Shown one piece after another: positions 49,245-60,695 of a stretch of DNA of 64,000 bases. The stretch is from Acidobacteriota bacterium (GTDB lineage: Bacteria > Acidobacteriota > UBA6911): positions 4,832,001 through 4,896,000 of the forward strand of contig OY761556.1 in NCBI GenBank assembly GCA_963664705.1. The letters are read 5' to 3'. A model generated the notes under the pieces. The model was given only the letters and a program-made list of their open reading frames with translations. It searched no databases and was not told where the DNA came from. How positions within the stretch are numbered: the first letter of the stretch is position 1; each line of letters opens with the position of its first letter. The position numbers were made by a program, and so were the translations under genes.

Positions 49245-52028
49245 ATGTCACAGCATCCAGAGCAGAGCAGTTTTGTAGAGCGGATCAAGGAATTGGAATC
49301 CCGCGTGGCTCAGTTGGAATATGAAGCCACGCTCCACACCCAATCGGAACTGCAGGACCAGTTAGCCAAGATTGCCGCCTCGGTCCCTGGTTTGATCTGT
49401 TCATTTGGCATGCGCGCCGATGGTTCCACCTGCATGCCTTTCGCAACCGACCGCATTGAGGACCTCTATGGCCTTAAGTCCGCGGTGGTGCGCGAGGATT
49501 TCAGTCCAATTCTGTCACGCGTACATCCGGAAGATGCCAGCGGCCTCCAATCGGGCATTGCGGAATCGGCCCGTACCATGACGCCATGGCACGATGTTTT
49601 CCGCTATCTTCACCCGACAAAGGGAGAGGTCTGGATTGAGGGGAACTCGATGCCGCGGCGGGAACAGGATGGCAGTATCCTGTGGCACGGCTTCGTCCAT
49701 GATATTACCGAACGCAAGCGCGCCGAACTGGCGTTGCGTGAAAGCGAAGAACGATTCCGCGCGCTTTTCGAGCAGGCGGGCGTAGGCGTGGCGGAGGTCG
49801 AATCCGCCACAGGCCGATTCCTCCGCATCAACCAGCGCTATTGCGAAATCGTCGGCTACAGCCGGGAGGAGATGCTGCATCTGGATTTCCAGACGCTGAC
49901 GCATCCAGATGACTTGAAATCGGATCTGGCTCAGATGGAGCGGCTGAAAACAGGCACGATCCACAATTACATCCTGGAGAAACGCTATTACCGGAAAGAT
50001 GGCACGATCGTGTGGGTAGCGCTTACCGTTTCACCGCTGTGGTCGCCTGGTGCCGCGCCCACCAAGCATGTCGCGGTCGTGCAGGATATCACCGATCGCA
50101 AGGCCGCTGAAGCAAAGCTGCGGGAAAGCGAAGAACGTCTGAGCCTGTTTGTCGAGCATGCCCCTGCGGCTCTTGCCATGTTCGACCGCGATATGCGTTA
50201 CCTTGCGGTCAGCCGTCGCTGGATCTCCGATTTCCAACTCTACGATGCGGAGATTATTGGAAAACCTCATTACGAGATTTTCCCGGAGATCGGAAACGAT
50301 TTAAAGGATATTCATCGTCGGGGCCTCGCGGGCGAGGCGCTTAAAGGCAATGAAACTCGCTTCGTGCGTGCGGACGGTTCAGTTCAGTATGTGCATTGGG
50401 AGATGTATCCATGGAATGACAGCAATGGCACAATCGGCGGAATTGTCATCTTCATTGAGGATGTTACCGATCGCAAACACGCGGAGACCGCGCTGGGCGA
50501 AAGCAAGGAACGTTACCGGGCCCTGGTCGAAACAACCTTTGATTGGGTCTGGGAAGTGGATGCGGAGGGCAGATACACCTACGTCAGTCCTAAGATTCAG
50601 GATCTCCTGGGCTATGCGCCGGAAGAGGTTTTGGGGAAGACTCCTTTCGACTTAATGCCCGAAGACGAAGCCAAACGCGTGGGCGTCATCTTCGGCGAAA
50701 TTGCGCATCAGCGGATCCCGTTCTCCGAGTTGGAGAACTCCAATCGCCACAAAGATGGCCGCCTGGTGATTCTTGAAACCAGCGGAATCCCCATATTGGG
50801 ACAGGACGGTCAATTCAACGGCTATCGGGGCATGGATCGAGACATCACCGCACGAAGGAAAGCCGAAAGCGAGAGGGTTCGACTGGAGGATCAGTTGCTG
50901 CAGGCGCAGAAGATGGAGTCAGTGGGCCGTCTGGCAGGCGGCGTCGCGCATGACTTCAACAATATGCTCGGCGTCATTCTTGGAAATGCGGAATTGGCCC
51001 TGGCGGAGCTCGATTCAAGACAGCCCATCTGCGGCAACCTTACAGAGATTCTCGAAGCCGGCAAACGATCCGCGGAGCTTACGCGCCAGTTACTGGCATT
51101 CGCCCGAAAACAGACCATTTCCCCAAAAGTGATTCATCTAAACGAGACCATCGCGGGCATGACCAAAATGCTTAAGCGAATGATCGGCGAAAATATCGGT
51201 CTTGCATTTAAGCCCGCGGCAGATCTATGGACCGTCAGGATGGATCCCTCTCAAATCGACCAGATCCTGGCTAATTTGTGTGTCAATGCCCGCGATGCTA
51301 TTGCGGATGTCGGTCAAATCGTCATCGAATCGGAAAACAGCCTCCTGGATGAGAATTTTTGCGCATCGCGCGCAGGCGCAAAACCCGGAGCCTATGTGAA
51401 GCTGATCATCGCTGATGATGGGAGCGGCATTGATAAAGAGACCCTGGACCATATCTTCGAACCTTTCTTTACGACCAAGGAAGTCGGCCGGGGAACCGGC
51501 CTCGGGCTTGCCACCGTCTACGGCATCGTTCGGCAAAATGAAGGGTTTATTGAAGTTGAAAGTAACCAGGGGTTTGGAACTCGGTTCTCGATCTACCTGC
51601 CGCGCCACCAGGCAACCGATGACCGGACACAGTTGGAAGAGGCTCCGCCCGCCAGGCTGGGCCAGGTGACTATTCTGGTGGTTGAGGATGAACCGAGCCT
51701 CCTGAAACTGATCAGTGCAGCCCTCCGGAAACACGGCTGCACTGTTATAGAAGCAAGTGCTCCAGGTGATGCAATTCTCAGGGCCAGAGAATACACGGGC
51801 AAAATCCACCTTCTCATAACCGATCTGATCATGCCTGGAATGAATGGACGCAATCTTGCCGTTGCACTGCAGTCCGTATATCCAACAATTAAGTGCCTGT
51901 TCATGTCCGGGTATACAGCGGACATCATTGATCGTCACACTGTGCTGGAAGAAGGCGTCCACTTTATGCAGAAACCTTTTTCAACGGAGAGCCTGGCAAG
52001 GAAGGTCACGGAAGTGCTGGGCAAATAA
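49245..52028 (+). CDS. Hybrid sensor kinase (4 PAS, HisKA, HATPase, REC)
   Basis: [50 protein letters not shown]...[10 protein letters not shown]. Confidence 0.95.
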   Translation: MSQHPEQSSFVERIKELESRVAQLEYEATLHTQSELQDQLAKIAASVPGLICSFGMRADGSTCMPFATDRIEDLYGLKSAVVREDFSPILSRVHPEDASGLQSGIAESARTMTPWHDVFRYLHPTKGEVWIEGNSMPRREQDGSILWHGFVHDITERKRAELALRESEERFRALFEQAGVGVAEVESATGRFLRINQRYCEIVGYSREEMLHLDFQTLTHPDDLKSDLAQMERLKTGTIHNYILEKRYYRKDGTIVWVALTVSPLWSPGAAPTKHVAVVQDITDRKAAEAKLRESEERLSLFVEHAPAALAMFDRDMRYLAVSRRWISDFQLYDAEIIGKPHYEIFPEIGNDLKDIHRRGLAGEALKGNETRFVRADGSVQYVHWEMYPWNDSNGTIGGIVIFIEDVTDRKHAETALGESKERYRALVETTFDWVWEVDAEGRYTYVSPKIQDLLGYAPEEVLGKTPFDLMPEDEAKRVGVIFGEIAHQRIPFSELENSNRHKDGRLVILETSGIPILGQDGQFNGYRGMDRDITARRKAESERVRLEDQLLQAQKMESVGRLAGGVAHDFNNMLGVILGNAELALAELDSRQPICGNLTEILEAGKRSAELTRQLLAFARKQTISPKVIHLNETIAGMTKMLKRMIGENIGLAFKPAADLWTVRMDPSQIDQILANLCVNARDAIADVGQIVIESENSLLDENFCASRAGAKPGAYVKLIIADDGSGIDKETLDHIFEPFFTTKEVGRGTGLGLATVYGIVRQNEGFIEVESNQGFGTRFSIYLPRHQATDDRTQLEEAPPARLGQVTILVVEDEPSLLKLISAALRKHGCTVIEASAPGDAILRAREYTGKIHLLITDLIMPGMNGRNLAVALQSVYPTIKCLFMSGYTADIIDRHTVLEEGVHFMQKPFSTESLARKVTEVLGK

Positions 52029-52212
52029 GCAAAGCCGCTACTTCAGGCGCCGGCGTCTCCCGGTGAAATCCCGTCTGCCGTCTTCTGGCTTGCTACGGGA
52101 CTCCGAACTTTTGTAAAATCTCCGCAAAGATTAGCCATGCAAACTTGCTGAAGGCTTGGGGGTCGCCCATTCTCGAGGATGTTTCGGAAGGAGCAGTACG
52201 GGTGGTTTTAGA

Positions 52213-53640
52213 ATGAGCGCGGAAGAATTTCCCAATACTTCAAGACCCGCCCGCATCCTGCTTGTAAAAAGCTGCTGCAATGATCCTGCCTACAAGGTAG
52301 TCAATCATCCTCTGGGTCTGATGAGCATCGCCTCCTACCTGAGGGAAAAATACGGTTGCCAGGCCAAGATCATCGACCTTCGGCTGGATGGCAATAGCCG
52401 CAGCGGACTGGAATCCGAGATTCGTCTTTATGCCCCTGATATTGTCGGCATCAGCGCTTTGACCTTTGAATCCAACGCCATTCCCTGGATCGCCGAAAGC
52501 GCTAAGCGCGTAAATGCAAAAACGCCTGTGCTGTTGGGAGGCCCGCATGCCACCGCGTATCCGGAGCAGGCCGCTCAAATTCCCGGTATTGACTATGTCA
52601 TCGTCGGCGAGGGCGAGGTCGCGGCCGGCAGATTGATCGAACGCATTCTGAATCAGCAGGATCTCTCTGGTTTGAAAGGGATCGCCTATCAGCGCGGGAA
52701 CCAGGTTATTACGACCGTCAGGGAAGATCCGATCGAAGATATCAATCTCCTACCGTCACCCGCCTATGATCTGATTCCCATTGAGCAATACGGGGAATAC
52801 AGCCGAATGAGTCGTACAGGATCAGGCAAATTCATGAGCCTCTTTTCCTCGCGCGGTTGCCCTTACCAGTGCATCTATTGCCACAATATTTTTGGAAAGG
52901 CATTCCGCTTTCGCAGTGCCGAAAACCTTTTTAACGAAATCAAACACCTTTACACCACCTATCAGATCCGCGATTTCGAGATTCTGGATGACATCTTCAA
53001 TCTGGACCGGGAACGGCTGATCGAGTTCTGTGACCGTATCATCTCGAGCGGCATCAAGGTTACCCTGGCCTTCCCGAATGGCGTACGCGGCGACATCCTG
53101 GACGAGGACCAGCTGTCCAAGCTTCGGCAGGCGGGAACAATATTCATGGCCTTCGCCATTGAAACCGGATCGCCGCGCATGCAGAAACTCATCAAGAAAA
53201 ATATCCAGCTCGAGAAAATAAAGAAGAATATAGAGATCGCACACGCTCTCAAAATTCATCCCCATGGATTCTTCATGATCGGCTTCCCCGGCGAGACGCT
53301 GGAGGAAATGCAGATGACCGTCCGGTTCATGGTCGCTTCCAAACTTCATACCATCGCGCTATTTGTGGTTATGCCCTTTGAAGGGACCGAACTGGGAAGA
53401 ATCACGAAGGAAATGGGCAAAGCCCCGGTCAGCGATTTTTCGATGAGCTATCATTCAGAGAGCTTTGTCAACCTGACCAGTGTGCCCGCCAGACAGGTGA
53501 ACCGCCTGCGGCTCCACGCGCTGATGAAGTTTTATCTGAATCCATTCCGGCTGTTTGTGCTGGTGAGAGATTTCCCGAACAAGCGGGAACTAGGTAAGCT
53601 CGTGATGGTTTTTTTCCGACGCCTGCGTTGGCGGGGTTGA
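52213..53640 (+). CDS. B12-binding domain radical SAM protein
   Basis: HPLGLMSIAS, GGPHAT, GEGE, SRGCPYQCIYC. Confidence 0.92.
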   Translation: MSAEEFPNTSRPARILLVKSCCNDPAYKVVNHPLGLMSIASYLREKYGCQAKIIDLRLDGNSRSGLESEIRLYAPDIVGISALTFESNAIPWIAESAKRVNAKTPVLLGGPHATAYPEQAAQIPGIDYVIVGEGEVAAGRLIERILNQQDLSGLKGIAYQRGNQVITTVREDPIEDINLLPSPAYDLIPIEQYGEYSRMSRTGSGKFMSLFSSRGCPYQCIYCHNIFGKAFRFRSAENLFNEIKHLYTTYQIRDFEILDDIFNLDRERLIEFCDRIISSGIKVTLAFPNGVRGDILDEDQLSKLRQAGTIFMAFAIETGSPRMQKLIKKNIQLEKIKKNIEIAHALKIHPHGFFMIGFPGETLEEMQMTVRFMVASKLHTIALFVVMPFEGTELGRITKEMGKAPVSDFSMSYHSESFVNLTSVPARQVNRLRLHALMKFYLNPFRLFVLVRDFPNKRELGKLVMVFFRRLRWRG

Positions 53641-53687
53641 AAAATCGAGGGGCGGCAGGCAATCCTCCTCGGGTTTCGCGGTAGCTC

Positions 53688-55133
53688 ATGCGCATTCTTT
53701 TTATCTGCAAAGATATCAACTTGAGCCAGCCCATGGGAATTCTCTCCCTCTCGGCAGTTTTGCGCGCGCAAGGCCACCACACTGATCTGGCGCTGGCTGA
53801 GCGCAGGGGATTCCTGGCGCGAGTGAGCGATTTCAGGCCCGACGTCCTTGCCTACTCCGTGACCACGGGGTTTCACAACTACTACCTTGATCTCAACCGC
53901 CGCCTGAAAACACATCTGGCTGGAGAGGGCCGAAATCCTCTGACGCTGATGGGCGGTCCACATGTCACGTTCTTCCCCGAAATAGTGGAGGCGGAAGGGG
54001 TAGACGCCGTTTGCCGAGGCGAGGGAGAAGATGCGATCGTGGACTTTGTCCATGCGCTGGAGCGGGGCAGCGACTACACGCAAATTGCCAATTTCTGGGT
54101 CAAGACTGGCAGCGGAATAGTCCGGAACGATGTGCGCCCGCTCATAGAGGACCTCGACCGCCTGCCATTTCCCGACCGCGATCTGTTGTTCAGTGTGGAC
54201 CGCTTCACACGCGAATCTCCGGTGAAGGTCTTTTTCCCGAACCGCGGCTGTCCATACCTTTGCACATACTGTTTCAATCATAAGTACAACGCACTTTATT
54301 GCGGCAAAGGAAATATCGTCCGCTACCGATCGGTGGAAAGTGTTCTCGCCGAAATCAAGGAGGTCCGTGCCAGGTGGCCCCTAAAATACCTCTTCTTCCT
54401 TTCGGATAATTTCATCCTGAACAAAGAGTGGGTCGGCGAATTTGCGGCGCGATACCGCGCGGAAATCGGGCTGCCTTTTACCTGCAACGTGCGGGCGAAC
54501 CTTGTGGATGAGAAGGTGGTTTCCGATCTGCGGAAGGCCGGGTGTGTCTCCGTTCTTTTCGGTGTCGAATCGGGAGATGAGCACCTGCGCAACGATGTCC
54601 TGAAGCGGCAGATGTCTGACGACGTCCTGCTTCGCGCCGGCCGTTTGCTGCGCGCGGCCAATATCCGACTTTACACGCAGAACATATTGGCGCTGCCGGG
54701 CGAGGACTTTCGCCAGGCCCTTTCTACCCTAAAGCTGAACCAGAGTTTGCGGCCCGCCTATGCCTGGGCTTCGATTTTTGCGCCGTATCCTTCAAGCGAG
54801 TTGACGGAATACGCCATTGACAACGGGCACTTCGAGGGCGACTCCAACAGGATCAACCCGTCTTTCCATAGCAGGTCGGTCTTGAAGTTCTCCAGTCGAA
54901 AAGAGCGGCGGATGTTCACAAACCTGCACCGGCTTTTTGGCATTTTTGTTGAATGGCCGTCTCTGGGCAGGAATGCCCGACTGTTCTGCGCCTTGCCGCT
55001 GACGCCCGTTTACTCGGTTTTATACAAATTATGGTATGGCTATACCAATCGATACCGGATCTATCCGTACCCGGCATCACCGCGGGAGTCCATGGTCGGG
55101 CTCATTCGTTTTCTCAGGAAAGACCGATCATGA
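53688..55133 (+). CDS. B12-binding domain radical SAM protein
   Basis: PMGILSLSA, GGPHVT, GEGE, RGCPYLCTYC. Confidence 0.92.
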   Translation: MRILFICKDINLSQPMGILSLSAVLRAQGHHTDLALAERRGFLARVSDFRPDVLAYSVTTGFHNYYLDLNRRLKTHLAGEGRNPLTLMGGPHVTFFPEIVEAEGVDAVCRGEGEDAIVDFVHALERGSDYTQIANFWVKTGSGIVRNDVRPLIEDLDRLPFPDRDLLFSVDRFTRESPVKVFFPNRGCPYLCTYCFNHKYNALYCGKGNIVRYRSVESVLAEIKEVRARWPLKYLFFLSDNFILNKEWVGEFAARYRAEIGLPFTCNVRANLVDEKVVSDLRKAGCVSVLFGVESGDEHLRNDVLKRQMSDDVLLRAGRLLRAANIRLYTQNILALPGEDFRQALSTLKLNQSLRPAYAWASIFAPYPSSELTEYAIDNGHFEGDSNRINPSFHSRSVLKFSSRKERRMFTNLHRLFGIFVEWPSLGRNARLFCALPLTPVYSVLYKLWYGYTNRYRIYPYPASPRESMVGLIRFLRKDRS

Positions 55134-55187
55134 TTGTCGCTCATGCTGCAAGCTCTAAACCATGTTGATTCACCGAAAGCAATACGC

Positions 55188-57140
55188 ATGAAAAAAAAGG
55201 CAAAGAACAATAGCTCAAACCAGGCGCCATCCATCAAACAAGACCGCGGGAAAAAGCAACTCCTGTGGGTTCTGGTTGCGATTGTCATCCTTGCAACCGG
55301 AATCGCCTATTCGAATTCTTTGAAGAACGGGTTTGTAAACTGGGACGACGACCTGTACGTCTATACAAATCCGGATATAACACATTTGGATGGCAGTTCC
55401 ATTCGGGAATTCTTCACCGGATATTTTGTGAAAATGTATGCGCCGATCACCATGATCAGCTATGCGCTCGACTATCAGATCGGCGGACTGAATGCCACTG
55501 TCTATCACAGCACAAACCTGATCCTTCACCTGCTGAACACGACTCTTGTCTTCTGCCTTGTCTACCTGCTCACCCGGCAAATGCCCATCGCCTTTATCTC
55601 TGCCCTGTTTTTCGGTATCCATCCGCTGCACGTTGAATCTGTAGCCTGGATTTCCGAACGAAAGGATTTGCTCTATTCGTTCTTTTACTTATCCGGATTG
55701 ATTACCTATCTTCAAATTCGTCGGAACAACGAAAGCCGCAAGTATTACTTTTTCACGATCCTGCTGTTCTGTTTAGCGCTCCTGTCCAAATCCGCCGCGG
55801 TTACGTTCCCGCTGGCGCTTCTCCTGATCGATTTTTATCGAGGACAAAAGCTGACGCTCAAGGACAATCTCGACAAGATTCCCTTTTTTGTGCTGGCCTT
55901 GGGGTTTGGCATCCTTTCCCTTCTATCGCAGCAGGTTATAGGTGAAAACCGGGATTACGTGGCAGGGTATACTGTTTTTGACCGGTTTTTCCTCGGGGCA
56001 TATTCCTTCACGTTTTATCTGATCAAGTCGGTTATTCCAACCGGCCTCTCTGCCCTGCACCCAATGCCCATGAAGCCTTCCGGCCTTCTGCCTCTGCGCT
56101 ATTACTTTTCGGTTCTTTCATTCATCGGGTTTGTCTGGCTGCTGTTCCGGGTTTTCAGATCAAAAATAGATGAGGCATTCAAAAAAGACATCATCTTCGG
56201 TCTCCTGTTTTTTCTTCTCACCCTCTTTCTGATACTTTTCATCCCGGTGGGAGAGGCGGTGGTTGCGGAGAGGTATACCTATCTTCCATATATCGGGATT
56301 TTCATGATCCTGGGAAGACTCTATTTGTATCTTCAGGAGCAGACCTTCCGCTCGCTTCCCAGGCTGAGGCAATGCTGCACCGCATGTGTCGTCATGGCGG
56401 CCCTTCTGTTCACCGGGATCGCTTACGGCAGAAACGGAGTCTGGAAGGATACGCTCAGCCTGTTTTCGGATGTGATCGCAAAGGATCCGGATGCCGGGCT
56501 GGCGTATAACAACAGGGGCAACATCCGGATAGAACAGAAGGATTTCAAAGGTGCCATGGAGGATTTCAACAAAGCGATAGAGCTAAAATATGAGGATGCC
56601 TATAACAACAGGGGCATTCTCAAGAACCGGCTCGGGGAATACAGGAGCGCTCTTGAAGATTTCAACCGGGCAGTTCTGCATGTCAAACTGGACAAAGCCA
56701 AGGTTCACTACAATAGGGGCATTGCCAGGTTGAATTTGAGCGATTACAAGGGTGCAGAAGAGGATTTTGGAATAGCGATCAAGCTGAGCCCGAAATATGG
56801 CAGCGCTTACAGCAACCGCGGTCTGGTGAGATATGAGAAATTATCAGACCTTGCGGGGGCTATCAGGGATTTCGATACTGCCATCAGTCTCGATCCGACC
56901 GATCCCTATTCCTATTATAATCGAGGCAATGTACAACTGCGTTCAGGCAGATTTGAGGATGCGTTATCCGATTATGATCGAACGGTACAGATCGCCCCAG
57001 GATTCACTGCTGCATATTTCAATAAGGGAGTTGTCTTATTGAAGCTGAAAAACAGAGAAGGGGCCTGTCTGAGCTGGAGCAAGGCACTGGACCTGGGGGC
57101 AAAGACGGCGGCCGAACTGATGCAGGCGTATTGTCAATAA
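55188..57140 (+). CDS. TMTC-like GT-C glycosyltransferase with C-terminal TPRs
   Basis: FVNWDD loop after TM1, HPLHVESVAWISERKD, LLSK, AERYTYLP, several YxNRG TPRs. Confidence 0.85.
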   Translation: MKKKAKNNSSNQAPSIKQDRGKKQLLWVLVAIVILATGIAYSNSLKNGFVNWDDDLYVYTNPDITHLDGSSIREFFTGYFVKMYAPITMISYALDYQIGGLNATVYHSTNLILHLLNTTLVFCLVYLLTRQMPIAFISALFFGIHPLHVESVAWISERKDLLYSFFYLSGLITYLQIRRNNESRKYYFFTILLFCLALLSKSAAVTFPLALLLIDFYRGQKLTLKDNLDKIPFFVLALGFGILSLLSQQVIGENRDYVAGYTVFDRFFLGAYSFTFYLIKSVIPTGLSALHPMPMKPSGLLPLRYYFSVLSFIGFVWLLFRVFRSKIDEAFKKDIIFGLLFFLLTLFLILFIPVGEAVVAERYTYLPYIGIFMILGRLYLYLQEQTFRSLPRLRQCCTACVVMAALLFTGIAYGRNGVWKDTLSLFSDVIAKDPDAGLAYNNRGNIRIEQKDFKGAMEDFNKAIELKYEDAYNNRGILKNRLGEYRSALEDFNRAVLHVKLDKAKVHYNRGIARLNLSDYKGAEEDFGIAIKLSPKYGSAYSNRGLVRYEKLSDLAGAIRDFDTAISLDPTDPYSYYNRGNVQLRSGRFEDALSDYDRTVQIAPGFTAAYFNKGVVLLKLKNREGACLSWSKALDLGAKTAAELMQAYCQ

Positions 57141-57141
57141 C

Positions 57142-57843
57142 ATGAACTCATCGACTGAAATGGATCTTGAATCGATATACACGAGGCGTTTCGAGCCGAA
57201 TGCGGAATATCGCCGCGCGGTGTGGCGTGTTCTTGTGTCCAGCTATTTTTCCCGTTTCATCCCTGCCGACTCCACCGTGCTCGACCTCGGCTGCGGGTAT
57301 GGCGAGTTCATTCAGGCTGTGCGCGCAAAAACGCGCATGGCTATGGACATGAACCCGGGAGTGCGGGACAAATTGGAAGTCGATGTGCATTTGTTCCTCC
57401 AGGATAGCGCCGAACCGTGGCTTGGAATCCAGGACGACTCCATTGACGTTATTTTCACGAGCAACTTTCTTGAGCATTTGCCGAACAAGGCTTGCGTGAG
57501 CAGAACCCTGCGGGAAGCCCATCGCTGCATCAAGCCTGGGGGGCGATTCATTGCAATGGGGCCCAATGCAAAATATCTTGGCGGGCTCTATTGGGATTTC
57601 TGGGATCACGAAATACCCATGACGGAGAATTCCCTCGCGGAAGTTCTGGGCTCCAACGGTCTTGTCACGGAGGTTTGTGAAGGCCGGTTCCTGCCGTTTA
57701 CGATGTCTTCCGGGCGGCGGTATCCTCTCGCTATGATAAAGCTATATCTCGCCTTTCCTTTTCTGTGGCGCCTGTTTGGCCGCCAGTTTTTGATTGTGGC
57801 CCGCAAGCAGTCCCTCCACGAACCGAAGGGGACGCGGAAATGA
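57142..57843 (+). CDS. Class I SAM-dependent methyltransferase
   Basis: VLDLGCGYG, FTSNFLEHL, IKPGG. Confidence 0.9.
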   Translation: MNSSTEMDLESIYTRRFEPNAEYRRAVWRVLVSSYFSRFIPADSTVLDLGCGYGEFIQAVRAKTRMAMDMNPGVRDKLEVDVHLFLQDSAEPWLGIQDDSIDVIFTSNFLEHLPNKACVSRTLREAHRCIKPGGRFIAMGPNAKYLGGLYWDFWDHEIPMTENSLAEVLGSNGLVTEVCEGRFLPFTMSSGRRYPLAMIKLYLAFPFLWRLFGRQFLIVARKQSLHEPKGTRK

Positions 57844-59540
57844 TGAAAGCGCGTCCAAAAGATCGAGCGAATTCCGCTCCCGCGGCGGTTCATCCGCCAA
57901 AGCCGTCCATTTCGCGCGAGATCCTCGCAATCGCTGTTTGTGTGCTGCTCCTGTGCGGGATCTACTTGGGCAAGGCCTACAACATGGACGACCCGCTCGT
58001 TATCTGGACCGCAAAGCAGATCGCAGCGCACCCGGGAAATTTCTACGGGTTTAATGTGAACTGGTGGGGATACGCCACACCGATGTGGCAAACAGACCTG
58101 AATCCGCCGGGAGCCGCGTATTACACCGCAGTTTTTGGGGCTCTCTTCAACTGGCGCGAAGCTGCAGTTCACGGCGGAGTCGCCCTGATCGCCGTCGCAC
58201 TCATTCTCGGGATCTATTATCTCGCGCGACAAATGGGGGGAAACGCGCTGACGGCGGCGGTCATTGCCCTCGCTTCTCCCGCAATCTTTGTGTCGATGGG
58301 CACGGTGATGACGGATCTGCCGATGACGGCATTGTGGGTATGGGCGGTTTTCTTGTGGTTGCGCGGATTGGATAAGCCGCACCCGTACCTCAACGCGCTA
58401 TCGGGACTGCTGATCGGACTGGCTGCCCTGGCCAAGTATTTCGCGCTCAGCCTGGCACCGCTGCTGTTGGTATACACACTTTTGCGCGACAAAAGCCGGC
58501 GAACCCGGCTGCTCTGGCTACTGGTGCCGATCGTGATCCTGGGTCTCTTTGATCTCTATACCGAACGGCTTTACGGAGTGGGACAAATCCGCGGAATATT
58601 CGGAATTATTCAGGACTATCACGAAGTCCACACAACCCCTGTAGGAAGAAAACTCCTGACAATGCTGATTTTCCTGGGCGCGGGCACTGCCCCGTTGCTG
58701 TTCCTTGCACCCTGGCTCTGGCATCCAAAAGAGCGGACCAAACTCTGGATCGCTGCCCTCGTAACCGCACTGGCCACGGTAGTGCTCCAGCAGAGCGGAT
58801 GGCGCGTAGCCGAACCGGATGTACCGCTTCGATGGTGGTTCTGGATTCAATACGGCCTCTGGTTGCTAGCCGGGCTTCACGTCATCACTCTTATGGTTGC
58901 GGAACTCTGGACCCGACGCGACCCCGATTCCCTGCTCCTGGGTTTGTGGTTTGCGGGGACTCTCATCTATTGCCTGTTCGTCTACCAGTTCGTCAACATC
59001 CGTGTGCTCCTGCCGGCCCTGCCGGCCATTTTTCTGATATGTGTCCGTCGACTGCAGCAGGTCAACGCCGATAAAGAGACCGGCCGAACGGCGCTGCAGA
59101 AACCTGTGGGGGGAGTTGCCGCTGCGGGTATTGTCCTTAGTCTTTGTGTAGCGAACGCGGACATCAGCCTGGCAAATTCCGCGCGAGCGGCGGCAGAAAA
59201 GATTGCGCCGGAAAAAAGAAGCGGAAGCACATGGTTTTCGGGACACTGGGGATTTCAATATTATATGGAAGCACGCCACGCGAAGCCCATTGACGTAAAT
59301 CACCAGGAATTCCGTTTGAAGGATACGGTTGTGACACCGGAGAACGGAACAAACCGGTTCCTGACGCGGGTACGTATCGAGACAATAGATCAGAGTTTTG
59401 AATTGCCCGTTTGCAGCTGGGTTACGACCATGCGTGCCGAATGCGGGGCGGGATTCCACTCGGATCTGTGGGGACCCTTGCCATTCGTGTTTGGGCCGGT
59501 CCCGGCCGAGCGTTACCGGGTTACGGTATTGGGCCGTTAA
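57840..59540 (+). CDS. GT39/ArnT-like (GT-C) membrane glycosyltransferase
   Basis: ATGA overlap with the previous stop; MDDP acidic motif after TM1, NPPG, ALAKY; many TM segments. Confidence 0.8.
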   Translation: MMKARPKDRANSAPAAVHPPKPSISREILAIAVCVLLLCGIYLGKAYNMDDPLVIWTAKQIAAHPGNFYGFNVNWWGYATPMWQTDLNPPGAAYYTAVFGALFNWREAAVHGGVALIAVALILGIYYLARQMGGNALTAAVIALASPAIFVSMGTVMTDLPMTALWVWAVFLWLRGLDKPHPYLNALSGLLIGLAALAKYFALSLAPLLLVYTLLRDKSRRTRLLWLLVPIVILGLFDLYTERLYGVGQIRGIFGIIQDYHEVHTTPVGRKLLTMLIFLGAGTAPLLFLAPWLWHPKERTKLWIAALVTALATVVLQQSGWRVAEPDVPLRWWFWIQYGLWLLAGLHVITLMVAELWTRRDPDSLLLGLWFAGTLIYCLFVYQFVNIRVLLPALPAIFLICVRRLQQVNADKETGRTALQKPVGGVAAAGIVLSLCVANADISLANSARAAAEKIAPEKRSGSTWFSGHWGFQYYMEARHAKPIDVNHQEFRLKDTVVTPENGTNRFLTRVRIETIDQSFELPVCSWVTTMRAECGAGFHSDLWGPLPFVFGPVPAERYRVTVLGR

Positions 59541-59593
59541 TATGCAGCATGAACCGGGACGGCGGAGTTCCCAGTTTTCAGACAGGTGGTTCT

Positions 59594-60664
59594 ATGCGTG
59601 TTTTGATCACCGGCGGTGCGGGATTTGTCGGCTCCAGGATAGCTCTTGCGTTGGCAGCATCCGAGGGCGTCCGTGTCACTGCTCTCGATAACCTCAAACG
59701 ACGGGGTTCCGAACTCAATATCCCAATCCTGCGCGAAGCAGGGATCGATTTTGTTCACGGCGATATCCGCATACAGGCGGACCTGGAGTCCGCAGGGGGC
59801 AATTTTGATTTGATGATTGAAGCCTCCGCCGAGCCCAGCGTTGCTGCGGGGCAAGACGGTTCGCCTGCCTATGTCATTGCTACAAACCTGGCGGGCACCG
59901 CCAATTGCCTCGAATTTGCCCGGAAGAAGGTGGGGCGATTTCTCTTTATATCCACCTCGCGCGTCTATTCCATCGCGTCGCTGCGCGCAATCAAGCTGGA
60001 AGAACAATCGAGCCGTTTCGAAATTGTCCCGAATCAAATTCAGTCGGGAGTATCTCCAGAGGGCGTCCGGGAAGATTTCCCGACAAACAGCGCCCGTTCC
60101 TTCTATGGAGCCACCAAGCTGGCCTCCGAAATGCTGATTCAGGAATATCATGAGAGCTACGGGCTGGAAGCCCTCATCAATCGCTGCGGAGTAATTGCCG
60201 GGCCCGGGCAGTTTGGCAAGCCGGACCAGGGCGTTTTCACCTTGTGGGTAGCCGCACACTGCTTCGGCGCTCCATTGCAATACACCGGATTTGGAGGCAC
60301 GGGAAAACAGGTGCGCGATCTATTGCATCCGGCCGACTTTGTCTCCCTGGTACAAAGCCAATTCACGGATGGTCGCCGTTGGGATTGCGGAATCTTCAAT
60401 GTCGGCGGGGGAAGAGCGGGTTCGACCTCGCTGCGGGAACTGACTGAAGTCTGCCGTACTGTCACGGGCAGAGAGATCTCCATAAAGGAAGTATCGGCAA
60501 CAGCGCCGTACGATGTACCGGTTTATTGGACGGACAACAGCCGCGTATCCGCAGCATACGATTGGAAGCCTCGCAGGAGTATCGAAAACATCGTCTCAGA
60601 GATTGCTCTCTGGATTCGAGCCAACGAAAAGGCGCTGAAGCCGCTGTTCTGTCTGCCCTGTTGA
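59594..60664 (+). CDS. NAD-dependent epimerase/dehydratase (CDP-paratose 2-epimerase-like)
   Basis: [29 protein letters not shown]. Confidence 0.85.
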   Translation: MRVLITGGAGFVGSRIALALAASEGVRVTALDNLKRRGSELNIPILREAGIDFVHGDIRIQADLESAGGNFDLMIEASAEPSVAAGQDGSPAYVIATNLAGTANCLEFARKKVGRFLFISTSRVYSIASLRAIKLEEQSSRFEIVPNQIQSGVSPEGVREDFPTNSARSFYGATKLASEMLIQEYHESYGLEALINRCGVIAGPGQFGKPDQGVFTLWVAAHCFGAPLQYTGFGGTGKQVRDLLHPADFVSLVQSQFTDGRRWDCGIFNVGGGRAGSTSLRELTEVCRTVTGREISIKEVSATAPYDVPVYWTDNSRVSAAYDWKPRRSIENIVSEIALWIRANEKALKPLFCLPC

Positions 60665-60695
60665 GAATTATTGTCGAACTCGAGATTGGAGCTTT

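Noticed and set aside
52213-55133. hpnP, hpnJ or bchE assignment, or a RiPP cluster
   Set aside because: No hopanoid or bacteriochlorophyll genes and no precursor peptide nearby; the motifs support only a family-level call
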